From Candidatus Cloacimonadota bacterium (lineage in GTDB: Bacteria > Cloacimonadota > Cloacimonadia > G963667145): DNA of 64,000 nucleotides. The DNA lies in contig OY781092.1 in assembly GCA_963676615.1 (NCBI GenBank), positions 544,001-608,000 on the forward strand, given 5' to 3'. Below, in pieces: positions 38,185 through 48,514 of the stretch. Made by a program: the position numbers and the translations under genes. How positions within the stretch are numbered: the stretch's first letter is position 1; each line of letters opens with the position of its first letter. The notes under the pieces were generated by a model. That model was not told where the DNA came from. It was given only the letters and a program-made list of their open reading frames with translations, and searched no databases.

Positions 38185-38537
38185 AAGTGGATTTGGATTT
38201 GTTGGCAAATTTTGTCGAAGTCGAGGAACTTTTTTTGCTTTTCCAATTTTTGCAGAAGTAGGGAGATTTTGCCGATATTTCCGATGATGATGGCGTCGCT
38301 TTTTTCGATTTTTCCGACGACCGCCATCTTGTGCACAGCCACATCGATTCCGATGGCTAAAGCCTCTTGTTTGAGGATGTTCGCACTGCCAGCAGAGATG
38401 CTAGTGAGCAAAATATTTAGCGGAATCATTTTTTTTGCCAGAATTTTTACGCCTTGTTCGCTGCAGCCTAATTTTGCCAAAATTGTTTGGGCGTCCTCGA
38501 GATTTTGAGGCTTGATTTTACTTGATTTGATAGACAA
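38181..38537 (-). CDS. Protein resembling the N-terminal extension of some dihydropteroate synthases, without the catalytic domain
   Basis: LAKLGC..QGVKILAKK, ANILKQEALAIG.DVAVH, D.IIIG, LLQKLEKQ; ATGA overlap with the fusion gene. Confidence 0.6.
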   Translation of the reverse strand: MSIKSSKIKPQNLEDAQTILAKLGCSEQGVKILAKKMIPLNILLTSISAGSANILKQEALAIGIDVAVHKMAVVGKIEKSDAIIIGNIGKISLLLQKLEKQKKFLDFDKICQQIQIHL

Positions 38538-39216
38538 AAGTGATAAAACCTACTTGATTTTTGTCGGACAAAACGGGATTGAATTTCCATTTGAGCAGCG
38601 ACTCTTTGCTGACTTTTTCCAGAAGCGGATTGGCTCTTTTTACGATGATGATGTTCGATACATCTCCTTGTGGAGAAAGGAGAAAGCGCAATTTGACTTT
38701 GGCGTTTTGCTTGAGCCCTTCTGGGTATTTGGGCAAAATTTTTGTCACTATTTTGCGGCTGGTGACCTCGCCTTCTAGCTGATAATTTTGGTCGCTGTCG
38801 TTTTGTTTGAGCTCGCTTGCGAATTGCGAGAAAAACTCTTGGTCGCTGAGCTGTTTTTCGCTTTGGCTAAGCACAGGCGCAGATGGCTTTGGGTTTAGAT
38901 TGCTGATGGTGTTGCCGATTTTTTCTTGGGCAACGATTTTGTTTTTAGCGACGATTTTTTTGGATGAGCTGTTGATTTTTTTGGATAAAGATTTGCTGAT
39001 GCTTTTGGGAAGGTCGATTTTTTTGGGGACATGGTTGTTTGTGAGCCCTTTTTTTATGCTTTTTTTACCGCTAAATTTCCCAGAATGGACGCCGACAATT
39101 TGGAAAGATTGTGGAACTTTGTGTAGTGGAGTGTCGAAGTAGAGAAACAGGAACAGAGCCACGAGAGACAGATGTAGAGCCAAGGAAATCAGGTAGCTGA
39201 GTCGTTTGTCGTTCAT
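38518..39216 (-). CDS. tonB: TonB-family energy transducer
   Basis: N-terminal S...H TM anchor (SLALHL), Lys/Pro linker, C-terminal P.YP...KWKFNP; follows exbD. Confidence 0.8.
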   Translation of the reverse strand: MNDKRLSYLISLALHLSLVALFLFLYFDTPLHKVPQSFQIVGVHSGKFSGKKSIKKGLTNNHVPKKIDLPKSISKSLSKKINSSSKKIVAKNKIVAQEKIGNTISNLNPKPSAPVLSQSEKQLSDQEFFSQFASELKQNDSDQNYQLEGEVTSRKIVTKILPKYPEGLKQNAKVKLRFLLSPQGDVSNIIIVKRANPLLEKVSKESLLKWKFNPVLSDKNQVGFITFVYQIK

Positions 39217-39231
39217 AATTTTGGTTTAGGT

Positions 39232-39636
39232 TTAGTTTGAGCCGATGTTGCGCGTGGCGAGGCTGAATTTGGTCGCGCCCGAGAGTTTGGCGACATCCAT
39301 CACTTGCACAATGCGCTGAAAGGCAAGGTTTTTGTCCGCTTGCACAACGACGACTTTTTGCGAGTAATCTTTTTCGATTTTTTCCCGAAGAAGACCTGGC
39401 AGATCGTCCAAATCGATTTTGTGCTGGTCGAGATAGACCTGCCCGTTTTGGTTGATGCTGATGAAGATGTTGTCGGTGTAGTCGCTTTGGGTGCTGGAGG
39501 CATCAGGCAGGTTGACTTTGATGCCCGAGTAGGTGACGAAGCTGGAGGAGACCAAAATGAAAATCAGCAAAAGCATTATGATGTCGGTGAACGAGATGAG
39601 TGCCACGGAGGTGATTCTTTTTTTCTTGAGAGCCAT
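39232..39636 (-). CDS. exbD: Biopolymer transporter ExbD
   Basis: FTDIIMLLLIF, IKVNLP, ADK...QVMD. Confidence 0.9.
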   Translation of the reverse strand: MALKKKRITSVALISFTDIIMLLLIFILVSSSFVTYSGIKVNLPDASSTQSDYTDNIFISINQNGQVYLDQHKIDLDDLPGLLREKIEKDYSQKVVVVQADKNLAFQRIVQVMDVAKLSGATKFSLATRNIGSN

Positions 39637-39642
39637 TTGAGT

Positions 39643-40248
39643 CTAAAACTCCCCGATTATTTGGTTGGCTTTTTCTTGCAGATCGACGGCTTCGTAGTCG
39701 ATTTTGTCCAAAAGTAGGTTGTAGAAGCTGAGCGCTAAAATGCCGACGACAAGTCCTGCGACGGTGGTTATTAGCGCTTCCCAAATTCCGCCTGCCAAAA
39801 GGGCGATGTCCACGCCGCCTGCGGTTTGTTGGATTTTCATAAAAACTTTGATCATTCCCAAAACTGTGCCCATAAAGCCGAAAAGCGGTCCGACGGCAGC
39901 AACCGTGGAAAGCGTGCCTAAGCCTTTTTCCATCAGGTGCAACTCTTTTTCCGTGCTGGAGGAGATGGTGTGCTCTAGGTGCTCTTGGCTGGCGTCTTTT
40001 GCCTTGAGGATGCTTGCGTAAACTCGTGCAATGGGTATCGTGTCAACGGCTTGGCAGAGCTGCTTAGCGCGTTGGATGTCTTTCTCTTGAGTCGCTTTTT
40101 CAAATTCGAGCAAAAAATCTTTTTTCTCCCGTTTCATTTTCATTAAGTTCAAAAATTTTTCGATGATAATGGCAAACGCCAAAATTGACAAAGCCGCGAG
40201 GATTATCATCATATATCCGCCTTTTACGGCGATAGCAAAATAACTCAT
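39643..40248 (-). CDS. exbB: ExbB/TolQ proton channel
   Basis: GPLFGFMGTVLGMI, GIWEALITTVAGL. Confidence 0.92.
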   Translation of the reverse strand: MSYFAIAVKGGYMMIILAALSILAFAIIIEKFLNLMKMKREKKDFLLEFEKATQEKDIQRAKQLCQAVDTIPIARVYASILKAKDASQEHLEHTISSSTEKELHLMEKGLGTLSTVAAVGPLFGFMGTVLGMIKVFMKIQQTAGGVDIALLAGGIWEALITTVAGLVVGILALSFYNLLLDKIDYEAVDLQEKANQIIGEF

Positions 40249-40269
40249 TGTTTCTCCTTAAATTTTGGT

Positions 40270-41733
40270 TTATTTATCAAAAATGGCGGTGATGCTTTCG
40301 TCTGGCGTTTTTCCGAATATGGAAACGAAAAATATTACCAAACTGGCGATGACGAACCCAGGCAAAAGTTCGTAAAGGTCGAATATGCCGCCGCTGAGCC
40401 AGTTTTTCCAGACGATGATGGTGATGCCGCCGCAGACCATTCCGCAGATTGCCGCAAAGCTGGTTGTTCTTTTCCAAAAGAGGCTGAAGAGGATGACTGG
40501 TCCGAAAGCTGCGCCGAAGCCAGCCCAAGCGTAGGAGACCAAATCAAGCACGGACGAGTTTTGGTCGGACGCCAAATATCCTGCCAAAATAGCGACCGCC
40601 ACGACGGTGAGTCTGCTGACATAGACCAGCTCTTTTTCGCTTATTTCGCGTCGGATGAAAAATTTGTAAAAATCTTCGGTGAAAGATGAGGCGACCACGA
40701 TCAGTTGCGAGTCGGCGGTGCTCATTACTGCCGCCAAAATTGCCGCAAGCATAACGCCAGCAACCAGCGGATGAAAAAACACATCTATCAGAAGCATAAA
40801 AACTTTTTCGGGATCGAAGCCAGCAGGAACGCCAGCGATGCTGGTGTAGGCGTAGCCGATGAGCCCTAAGAGGATGGCGGCGAACAAGCAAATCGCAGTC
40901 CAGCTGACGGCAATTAGTCTGGCTGGTCGAATGTCTTCTTCGGATTTTATGCCCATAAAGCGAGTGAGGATGTGTGGTTGCCCGAAATATCCGAGCCCCC
41001 AAGCCATCGAAGAGAGGATTGTCAAGATGCCGACTTTTTCACCAGTGCCAAAAATGCTGAAAAGATGAAGGTGGTTTTGGACGATAGATGGGTTGCTGCT
41101 CAGAAGTTTGTATCCAAAAACGCAGACGAAGCAGATGGCGAAAAACATTAAAAGTCCTTGGAAAAAATCTGTCCACGAAACGGCGAGGAATCCGCCCAAA
41201 AAGGTGTAGCTGATGATGACGACCACTGCAATTAGCAGCGAGTAGTGATAGGAGATGTTGAACACCGTGGTGAAAAGTTTTGCGCCAGCGACAAAGCCAG
41301 AGGCGGTGTAGAAGATGAAAAAGATAATGATGAACGCGCCCGAAAGGAAACGAAGCACTTTGGTCTTGTCTTGAAATCTAACTTCTAAATATTCTGAGAT
41401 TGTCAGGGAATTGTCGGCTTTTTCGGTGAAGCGACGGAGTTTTTTGGCAACGAAGAGCCAGTTGCACCAAGTGCCAAGGGCAAGTCCAAGCGCCATCCAA
41501 AAGGCGCTGCCCAGTCCGAAGCTATAGACCGCTCCAGGCAGCCCCATCAAGAGCCAGCCGCTCATATCCGATGCGCATGCCGAGAGGGCTCCAACCCAAG
41601 GTCCAAGGCTTCTGCCGCCCAATACATAGTCGGACAAACTGGCGGTTTTTCGATAAAAATGCAAGCCGATAAGCAGCATCGCCACAAAATAAAGCGTGAA
41701 AGTAAAGTAAATGCTTCCGTTGTTTGTGAACAT
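40270..41733 (-). CDS. putP: Sodium/proline symporter
   Basis: DYVLGGR, ASDMSGWLLMGLPG, WTDFFQG, GYFGQPHIL.RFM, MSTADSQL, YELLPGF. Confidence 0.93.
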   Translation of the reverse strand: MFTNNGSIYFTFTLYFVAMLLIGLHFYRKTASLSDYVLGGRSLGPWVGALSACASDMSGWLLMGLPGAVYSFGLGSAFWMALGLALGTWCNWLFVAKKLRRFTEKADNSLTISEYLEVRFQDKTKVLRFLSGAFIIIFFIFYTASGFVAGAKLFTTVFNISYHYSLLIAVVVIISYTFLGGFLAVSWTDFFQGLLMFFAICFVCVFGYKLLSSNPSIVQNHLHLFSIFGTGEKVGILTILSSMAWGLGYFGQPHILTRFMGIKSEEDIRPARLIAVSWTAICLFAAILLGLIGYAYTSIAGVPAGFDPEKVFMLLIDVFFHPLVAGVMLAAILAAVMSTADSQLIVVASSFTEDFYKFFIRREISEKELVYVSRLTVVAVAILAGYLASDQNSSVLDLVSYAWAGFGAAFGPVILFSLFWKRTTSFAAICGMVCGGITIIVWKNWLSGGIFDLYELLPGFVIASLVIFFVSIFGKTPDESITAIFDK

Positions 41734-42002
41734 AAAATCTCCTTGAGAGTAATTTTGAGGTTTTGTAAAACTTTGCGAAAATTATTTACCGTTTGGTTGT
41801 CAGTATTTTAAGTGGCGTTATTGTGTCAAACTTTTACAGGTGAGAAATTTTGCCAGCCTTTTTGTAGCTTGCGGTTTTTTTTTCAGACCGAGATTTTTTA
41901 GATTTTTCTAAATTTTTGCAAAAAGTGTGCTAAAAATGTTGACACCAAAAACCGATTGCAATTCTCTATTTTAAAAGTTTTTAAAATTAGAGGGATATTT
42001 GG

Positions 42003-42716
42003 ATGAACCTATCGCAAAAATTGGCGAAAATGCAAGAGATTGATGATAAAATTACCGTTTTTTTGAAGGAGTCGGAGCATTTGCCCAAACAGCTAAAAGG
42101 GCTGAAAGACGCTGTGGCTGAAGATGAACAGGCTTTGCAGACGGCAAATAGCCAGCTGATGGAGTGCAAAGAGGCGCAAGGCAAGTTGGAGCTGGATGTG
42201 CAGTCCAATAATCAACTGATTGAGAAGTATAAGCAGCAGCTGAACAGCGTCACTAATAATAAAGAGTATAAGGCGTTGAATAGCGAGATTGCGCTGCTCA
42301 ATAGCAAAAATGGCGAGATCGACGAGAAAGATTTGCAGTTAATGGAGCAGGAAAAAGTTCTGAGCGAGCAAAAAAAAGAGGTGGAGTCCAAATTGCAGGA
42401 GAGCAAAAACGCTTTGCAGACCAGAGAGTCGGAGATTATGGAGAAGATTCAGAGCGTTAAATCCAAGATTGACCAGGAGAAAGCGCAGCGGAACGCAATT
42501 GCCAAAGATTTGCCGATAAATATGGTGAAGCAGTATGTTCTTTTGATTCAGAAAAAAAATCGCAAAGCTGTGGCGGTTGCGCAAAAAGAGGCTTGCAGCG
42601 AGTGTGGTTTTAGGCTCAGGCCGCAGCTTCTTTTGGAATTGAAGGTCGCAACAGAGCCAAAAGTTTGTGAGAATTGCGGGAGATTTTTGATTGGCTCGCA
42701 AGACGAAAGTGAATAA
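42003..42716 (+). CDS. Coiled-coil protein with C-terminal C4 zinc ribbon (DUF164-like)
   Basis: QEID, NKEYKAL..EI, CSECG...CENCGR. Confidence 0.88.
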   Translation: MNLSQKLAKMQEIDDKITVFLKESEHLPKQLKGLKDAVAEDEQALQTANSQLMECKEAQGKLELDVQSNNQLIEKYKQQLNSVTNNKEYKALNSEIALLNSKNGEIDEKDLQLMEQEKVLSEQKKEVESKLQESKNALQTRESEIMEKIQSVKSKIDQEKAQRNAIAKDLPINMVKQYVLLIQKKNRKAVAVAQKEACSECGFRLRPQLLLELKVATEPKVCENCGRFLIGSQDESE

Positions 42717-42725
42717 TCCTTTTTT

Positions 42726-43114
42726 AAGGAGAAGATAAAATCTCTGCCGAGTGAGTAATTTTTTTTGCTGATTCGAAGGAAAGTCCGAACACCACACGAG
42801 CGGATCACTTCTTAAGACGAAGTCTTGGTGACAAGGAACTAGCCCCACAGAAAGATACCGTCTGACACCTATTTAGGTGTCAGATAAGGGTGAAATGGCG
42901 GTGTAAGAGACCACCAGCAAAGAGCGTGAGCTTTTTGGCTTGGGATGCTTTGATTGGTGCAATGCCAAATAGGAGACTGCTAGAGGTTGCTCGCCTTGCA
43001 TAGAAGGTCTCGGGTAGGCAGCAAGAGGCAGGCAGCGATGTCTGTCCTAGATAAATAGAGATATTTTGATCATCAGTAGGTCAAAAACAAAATTCGGCTT
43101 AATATCTTCTCCTT
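42726..43114 (+). ncRNA. rnpB: RNase P RNA, bacterial type A
   Basis: P1 AAGGAGAAGATA/TATCTTCTCCTT; GGAAAGTCC, ACAGAAA, GGGTGAAA, TAAGAG, CGGGTAGGC, AGATAAAT, ACAAAATTCGGCTTA. Confidence 0.95.
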
Positions 43115-43173
43115 TTAAAATTTTGCTGCGTTTTAAAGTTTTAAAAGAAAAATAAATAAATTACGGGAAGAAA

Positions 43174-44883
43174 ATGAAGTCGTTTTGGAAATTGTCCGCC
43201 AATAAATTTGACAAAAAATTGCTTAGTCAGTTGGAACAAGAGCTAAATTGTGGCGAAGTTTTTGCGAAAATTTTGCTGAATTTAGGCGTGAGTTCGCTCG
43301 CTGAAGCCAAGTCGTTTTTGTCGCCAAAAGTGGACGATTTGCTCGATCCATTTTTGTTTGTGCAGATGAAAAAAGCTGTGCAGATGGTGATTAAGGCGAT
43401 AAATGCCAAGCAGAAGATTTTGATTTATGGCGATTTCGATGTTGATGGCGTGACTTCTGTGACGGTGCTTTACAAGGGATTTTTGGATTTGGGAGCGAAT
43501 GTCGATTTTTTTATTCCCGATCGGATGCAAGACGGTTATGGGCTTAGCGACGGTTGCGTTGAGCGAGTTTTGCAAAATCCGCCGTCTTTGGTGATTACCG
43601 TCGATTGCGGAATTTCTGCGGTGGAGCAGGTCAAAAAGTTGGTCGATGCTGGTGTGGAAGTTTTGATTACCGATCATCATTTGCCGAAAGGCGAGATTCC
43701 ACCAGCGGGAGCGATCTTAAATCCGCAGCTGGAAGATAGCGGCTACCCCTGCAGATACCTTGCGGGAGTAGGTGTCGCCTTCAAGCTGCTTAGCGGCGTT
43801 TGCCAAACTTTGCAAGTCGATTTGGTCAAGCATCTTTATCCGTATCTGATTTTTGTTTGTTTAGGAACGATAGCCGATATTGTGCCGCTGATTGAGGAAA
43901 ATCGGACGCTTGCCCGAGTCGGTCTGTTGTCGATAAAAAACCGCTTCAACAAAGGGCTGACCGCTCTTATCGAGGCTTGTGGGCTGAATACCGAAAAGCT
44001 CAGTTCTGCCAACATCGTGTTTAATGTTGCCCCTAGAATAAATGTTGCCGGGAGAATGGGCAATGTTTTGCATGCGGTGCAACTTTTTTTGAGCGAAGAC
44101 AAGCAGGAGACCGACGAAATCGTGCACGAGCTGGAGGAGTTAAACACAATTCGCAGGAACGAGCAAGACGAAATTTATGAGCAGGCGTGCCAGCAGATAG
44201 CCGCAAAATATCCAAATTTGGACGCTTTGCAAAGTTTGGTGGTCAGCGACGCCAACTGGCATGTGGGTATCATCGGGATTGTGGCTTCCAAATTGGTCGA
44301 AAATTACTGTCGCCCTGTGATTGTTTTTGGCGAAGAAAATGGCGTTTTGCGTGGCTCGGCTCGCAGTGTGACGGGCTTTAATATCGTGCAGGGAATAGAG
44401 ACTGGCGCCGAGTTTTTGCAAGGTTTTGGCGGACATAAATACGCCGCTGGGCTGACTCTGCTCAAAGAATTTTTGCCGAAATTTGAGCAAAAGTTGCAAG
44501 ATTATACGAGCGAAAATTTGACGCAAGAGATGGTAGATCCAGTCTTCAAAATCGATGCGGAGCTAGATTTTTCGCAAATTGACCATCTTTTTGTGCGAAA
44601 CCTTTCCAAATTATCGCCTTTTGGACCAGGCAATCATAAGCCTGTTTTTTGCTCGAAAGGGTTAAAAATTGTTGCCAGCCCCAGAATTGTTGGGCAAAAT
44701 CATCTTCAGTTGCGGCTCACTGACGGCAAAAACGAGCTGAGTTTCATCGGTTTCGGCTTGGGCGATTATCAAAAAAAAATAGGCTACAACTCAAAAGTTG
44801 ACATCGTTTACGCCCTGGATTTCAACTATTGGCAAGACAAAGTCTCGATTCAAGGGTATTTGAAAGATTTGGATGTTTACTAA
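43174..44883 (+). CDS. recJ: Single-stranded DNA exonuclease RecJ
   Basis: YGDFDVDG, TVDCG, TDHH, GTIADIV, PRINVAGR, GGHKYAAG, PFGPGN. Confidence 0.96.
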   Translation: MKSFWKLSANKFDKKLLSQLEQELNCGEVFAKILLNLGVSSLAEAKSFLSPKVDDLLDPFLFVQMKKAVQMVIKAINAKQKILIYGDFDVDGVTSVTVLYKGFLDLGANVDFFIPDRMQDGYGLSDGCVERVLQNPPSLVITVDCGISAVEQVKKLVDAGVEVLITDHHLPKGEIPPAGAILNPQLEDSGYPCRYLAGVGVAFKLLSGVCQTLQVDLVKHLYPYLIFVCLGTIADIVPLIEENRTLARVGLLSIKNRFNKGLTALIEACGLNTEKLSSANIVFNVAPRINVAGRMGNVLHAVQLFLSEDKQETDEIVHELEELNTIRRNEQDEIYEQACQQIAAKYPNLDALQSLVVSDANWHVGIIGIVASKLVENYCRPVIVFGEENGVLRGSARSVTGFNIVQGIETGAEFLQGFGGHKYAAGLTLLKEFLPKFEQKLQDYTSENLTQEMVDPVFKIDAELDFSQIDHLFVRNLSKLSPFGPGNHKPVFCSKGLKIVASPRIVGQNHLQLRLTDGKNELSFIGFGLGDYQKKIGYNSKVDIVYALDFNYWQDKVSIQGYLKDLDVY

Positions 44884-46372
44884 AATTTACAACTCACTTT
44901 GGTTGCCAGTGATTTCGGCGCTGCTTTTGGCGCTGGCTCGAATGGATTTCGGGCTTGGATTTTTGGTGTTTGTGGGATTTGTGCCGCTTCTTTTTTGGCT
45001 GGAACTCGAAAAAACTAAAGCGTCGTTGTGGAAAGGCGCAGCCCTTTTCAGCCTTTGCTTCAACGGAATTTATCTGTATTGGATTTCGTCGGTTAGCTTT
45101 TGGGGTTACATCGGCATTATCCTCTTTTTTATCCTCTATTTTTGGATCGTTTTTTACTTAATTCAGCAGAGTCTGCAAAAATTTCCGTGCCTGAAAATGC
45201 TCGCTTTTGCCTCGTTTTGGATTTCGCTGGAGCTTTATATGGGCTACACCGAGCTGGCTTTTCCGTGGCTAAGTCTTGGCTACAGCTTGGCTGGGCATCT
45301 TTATCTGATTCAGCTGGTCTCTTTGGGCGGAATGAGCGTTTTGTCTTTGGGAATAATTGCCGTTAACTACAGCATTTTTCGCTATATCAAGACAAAAAAT
45401 CGCAAATTTCTGCTGGCAATTTTTTCGCTTCTGCTGGGTTGGTCGATTTTGGGATTTTACCTTTATCAAACGGTGAAAGTTGTGCCAATCGACAAAAAAG
45501 TGGCGATTTTGCAACCGAATATTCCGCTTTCTGTCAAGCACAGCGCGGGTGGCAACGCCAAAATGATGAAAAAGTATAATCTTCAGCTGGACGAGTTGGT
45601 GAGCAAAAAAGTGGATTTGGCGCTGCTGCCAGAAAGTTCGATTATGGCGTTTCCGCTGCACAACAAAGCGCTTGCTGCCGATTTGGTGAAGATGAGCAAA
45701 AAGATAAACGGCGACATTTTTTTGGGATTTTTGGATTATCAAGTCACGCCAAAACGAGTCAAATACACCAACTCTTGCTCAAAAATCGACACAACTGGCA
45801 AATTTTTTACAATTTATAGCAAAAATATTTTGGTGCCGCTTGGGGAGCGAGTTCCGTTTTTGGATATTTTCCCGTTTTTGTGGAATCTGAAGTTGGGGCA
45901 AGCCAATTGGGAATATGGGCAGGCGGTTGAATTTTACAAGCTGGACGACTATTTGTATTCGCCAGTGATTTGCTATGAGATTGCGTTTGCTCGGCATTTG
46001 CGCAAGCTGGCTCAGGCGGATTTTATCGTCAATATCACCAACGACGCTTGGTTTGGCAGGACTGTCGGCGCTGTGCAACATATGCAGATGGCGATTTTTC
46101 GGGCGATTGAGCTGCGGCGGACGATTTATCGATGTGCCAACACGGGCTATTCGGTGGTTGTATTGCCCACGGGCGAGATTTTGCAAAAAACGGGCTTGTT
46201 CGAAGAGAAAATAGTTGTTGACAAACTTTATTTGAGCGGCACGAACTCCTTTTATTCCCAAAATAATTTTGAGTGGATTTTTGTCGTTTTGGCTTTGCTG
46301 TTTTGTGTTGGAATTTTTTTTAAAAGTGCTTTTTGGCGAAAATTTTGTGGAAGAAAAAAAGGTGAATTTTAG
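44873..46372 (+). CDS. lnt: Apolipoprotein N-acyltransferase
   Basis: FPWLSLGY, QPNI, PES, K..LVPLGE, ICYE, TNDAWFG, RAIE, ANTG. Confidence 0.93.
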   Translation: MFTKIYNSLWLPVISALLLALARMDFGLGFLVFVGFVPLLFWLELEKTKASLWKGAALFSLCFNGIYLYWISSVSFWGYIGIILFFILYFWIVFYLIQQSLQKFPCLKMLAFASFWISLELYMGYTELAFPWLSLGYSLAGHLYLIQLVSLGGMSVLSLGIIAVNYSIFRYIKTKNRKFLLAIFSLLLGWSILGFYLYQTVKVVPIDKKVAILQPNIPLSVKHSAGGNAKMMKKYNLQLDELVSKKVDLALLPESSIMAFPLHNKALAADLVKMSKKINGDIFLGFLDYQVTPKRVKYTNSCSKIDTTGKFFTIYSKNILVPLGERVPFLDIFPFLWNLKLGQANWEYGQAVEFYKLDDYLYSPVICYEIAFARHLRKLAQADFIVNITNDAWFGRTVGAVQHMQMAIFRAIELRRTIYRCANTGYSVVVLPTGEILQKTGLFEEKIVVDKLYLSGTNSFYSQNNFEWIFVVLALLFCVGIFFKSAFWRKFCGRKKGEF

Positions 46373-46385
46373 ACGGAGATTTTTT

Positions 46386-46733
46386 ATGAAAATTGCGAAA
46401 GTTGCTTGTGACGAAAATGGCGAATCTTTTTTTGAAGAGGTGGAAATCGAGTTGAAAAATCAAGGGTTGATCGGCAGTTTGTCGCAAGATTTTCCTGCGA
46501 AATCGATTGTCTTTCGCACAAATCCAGCTGATTACGACTACTCTTGGCACACAGCGCCGCGGCGGCAGTATATTGCGCTTCTTGCGGGCGCCATCAGCGT
46601 GGAGGTGTCCAGCGGCGAAGTGCGGGAGTTTTATCCCGGCGATGTCTTCATCGTTGCTGACATCACGGGCAAGGGGCACAAATCAAAGTCGCTGGACGGC
46701 AAGCCTCGCAAATCTTTGTTTATCACTTTTTGA
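46386..46733 (+). CDS. Small cupin-like protein
   Basis: WHTAPRRQY...G...PGDV....D.TGKGH; ATG at 46386 after GGAG. Confidence 0.7.
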   Translation: MKIAKVACDENGESFFEEVEIELKNQGLIGSLSQDFPAKSIVFRTNPADYDYSWHTAPRRQYIALLAGAISVEVSSGEVREFYPGDVFIVADITGKGHKSKSLDGKPRKSLFITF

Positions 46734-46762
46734 CGCTGATTTTTTATAATAAAGGAAGAAAA

Positions 46763-47356
46763 ATGAAAGAGTTTATCGCAAAATTGGCGAGTGATGCGCC
46801 GACTCCAGGTGGCGGTTCTGCGGGTTGTGTAATCGGAGCCATTGCCGTAGCTGCAGCGCAAATGGTGCTGAATTTGACAACGGGCAAAAAAAAATATTTG
46901 CAGTTTGAGCAGAGCAACGGCGAGGCTTTGCAGGAGTTGGAGTGCTTGGCTGGCGAGTTTTTGTATCTCAAAGAAAAGGATGAGCAGGTTTTTGATTTGG
47001 TGAGCAGAGCCTACGCTTTGCCCAAAGGGCAGACGAAGACCAAAGAGCTGCAAATCGCTTTGCAGACGGCGATGCAGCCGCCATATTCTGGACTGGAAAT
47101 CGCTTTGCGGAGCTTGGAGATTGTGCAAAGTTTGCTCACGACGACCAACGCAAATTTGATTAGCGATTTGGCTGTGGCAACAGCGGGGTTAGAGGCTGCG
47201 GTTAAGTGCTGCTATTTCAATGTGTTAATCAATCTTAAATTTATAAAAGACGAAGAATTTTGCAATTTTTGGTCGGATAAAGCTAGAGTTTGTTACGACA
47301 AAGCTTTGGCAATCAGCGGTGCGGTGCAGGAAGAGATTTTGCAAAAAATCACTTGA
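46763..47356 (+). CDS. Cyclodeaminase/cyclohydrolase family protein (FchA-like methenyl-THF cyclohydrolase)
   Basis: LASDAPTPGGGSA, MVLNLT.GK, D...F, N.NLISD, NVLINL. Confidence 0.85.
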   Translation: MKEFIAKLASDAPTPGGGSAGCVIGAIAVAAAQMVLNLTTGKKKYLQFEQSNGEALQELECLAGEFLYLKEKDEQVFDLVSRAYALPKGQTKTKELQIALQTAMQPPYSGLEIALRSLEIVQSLLTTTNANLISDLAVATAGLEAAVKCCYFNVLINLKFIKDEEFCNFWSDKARVCYDKALAISGAVQEEILQKIT

Positions 47357-47395
47357 TTTTTACTAAAAATAAAGAATGAAATAATGGAGAAAAAA

Positions 47396-48355
47396 ATGTA
47401 CACGATTTTGACTGGAGGAGCGGGATTTATTGGGGCGAATATCCTGCGAGAACTGAACAGCAGAGGCGTTGAAGATATTATCGTTGTGGATAATCTGGAA
47501 AGTAGCCAGAAATGGCAAAATTTGGTCGGTTGCAGATTTGAGAACTATTTTAACAAGCAAGAGTTTCACAGTTTGATCAACGAAGATTTTCATTATTTTG
47601 GCAAGATAAAGTCGGTGATTCATATGGGGGCGTGCTCGGCGACGACCGAGGAAAATATGGACTATTTGATGCACAACAATCTGCACTATTCTCAGCTGAT
47701 GTTCAATTTGGCGAACGAGCATGGCGCGTCGTTTTTGTATGCGTCGTCGGCAGCGACTTATGGCGACGGCTCGCAAGGTTTTGATGATAGGCAAGATATT
47801 CACAAGTTGCGTCCGATCAACCGTTACGGCTACTCTAAGCAGCTTTTTGACGCCTGGCTCGACAAAAATAATTTTTGGGCAAAAGCTATTGGCTTGAAGT
47901 TTTTTAATGTTTTTGGACCGCTGGAGGCTCACAAAGGGTCGATGGTGTCGATGGCTTATCGCGGCTATCAGCAGATAATGCAGACGGGCAAAATCAAGCT
48001 TTTTGCCTCGGATCAGCCAAACTATCAGGACGGCGAGCAAAAGCGAGATTTTGTGTATGTAAAAGATTGTGCCAAGGCGGTTTGCGAGCTTATTGAGCAG
48101 AAAAATGTTGGCGGACTTTACAATATGGGCACCGGCGTGGCGCACTCTTGGAACGATATGGCTCAGGCTTTGTTTTTGGCAACTGGCAAAAAAATGAGCG
48201 TTAAGTATATTCCGATGCCCGAAAATCTCAAGGGCTCTTATCAATATTACACCAAAGCGGAGATGGGGAAGCTGCTGTCGGTTTTGCCGAATTTTGAGTT
48301 TACTTCGCTAAACGATGCGGTAAAAGATTATGTGCAGGGCTGGCTGGGGAAGTAG
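47396..48355 (+). CDS. rfaD: ADP-L-glycero-D-manno-heptose 6-epimerase
   Basis: TGGAGFIG, HMGACSATT, YASSAATYG, YGYSK, FNVFGP.E.HKG.M, RDFVYVKD, YQYYT.A. Confidence 0.93.
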   Translation: MYTILTGGAGFIGANILRELNSRGVEDIIVVDNLESSQKWQNLVGCRFENYFNKQEFHSLINEDFHYFGKIKSVIHMGACSATTEENMDYLMHNNLHYSQLMFNLANEHGASFLYASSAATYGDGSQGFDDRQDIHKLRPINRYGYSKQLFDAWLDKNNFWAKAIGLKFFNVFGPLEAHKGSMVSMAYRGYQQIMQTGKIKLFASDQPNYQDGEQKRDFVYVKDCAKAVCELIEQKNVGGLYNMGTGVAHSWNDMAQALFLATGKKMSVKYIPMPENLKGSYQYYTKAEMGKLLSVLPNFEFTSLNDAVKDYVQGWLGK

Positions 48356-48481
48356 GCGTGGAAAAGTTTTTTTTCGGAAAATACGAAAAGGAGATTTTTC
48401 GGGTTGTCCCAGACTATATCTAACTCCTTAAGCTAGGCTTTATGAAAAAAGTTTAGTATGAAAATGGCAAAAAATGATGTC

Positions 48482-48514
48482 GCGTGATTTGTTCAAAAGC
48501 TGATCAAATTACGC
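48482..48514. promoter_or_regulatory. 14-5-14 inverted repeat upstream of tnaA
   Basis: GCGTGATTTGTTCA-aaagc-TGATCAAATTACGC (two imperfect pairs). Confidence 0.45.

Noticed and set aside
39217..40272. 12-nt repeat AATTTTGGTTTA flanking exbD-exbB
   Set aside because: Short, AT-rich, in ordinary spacers of a coherent operon, with no composition shift
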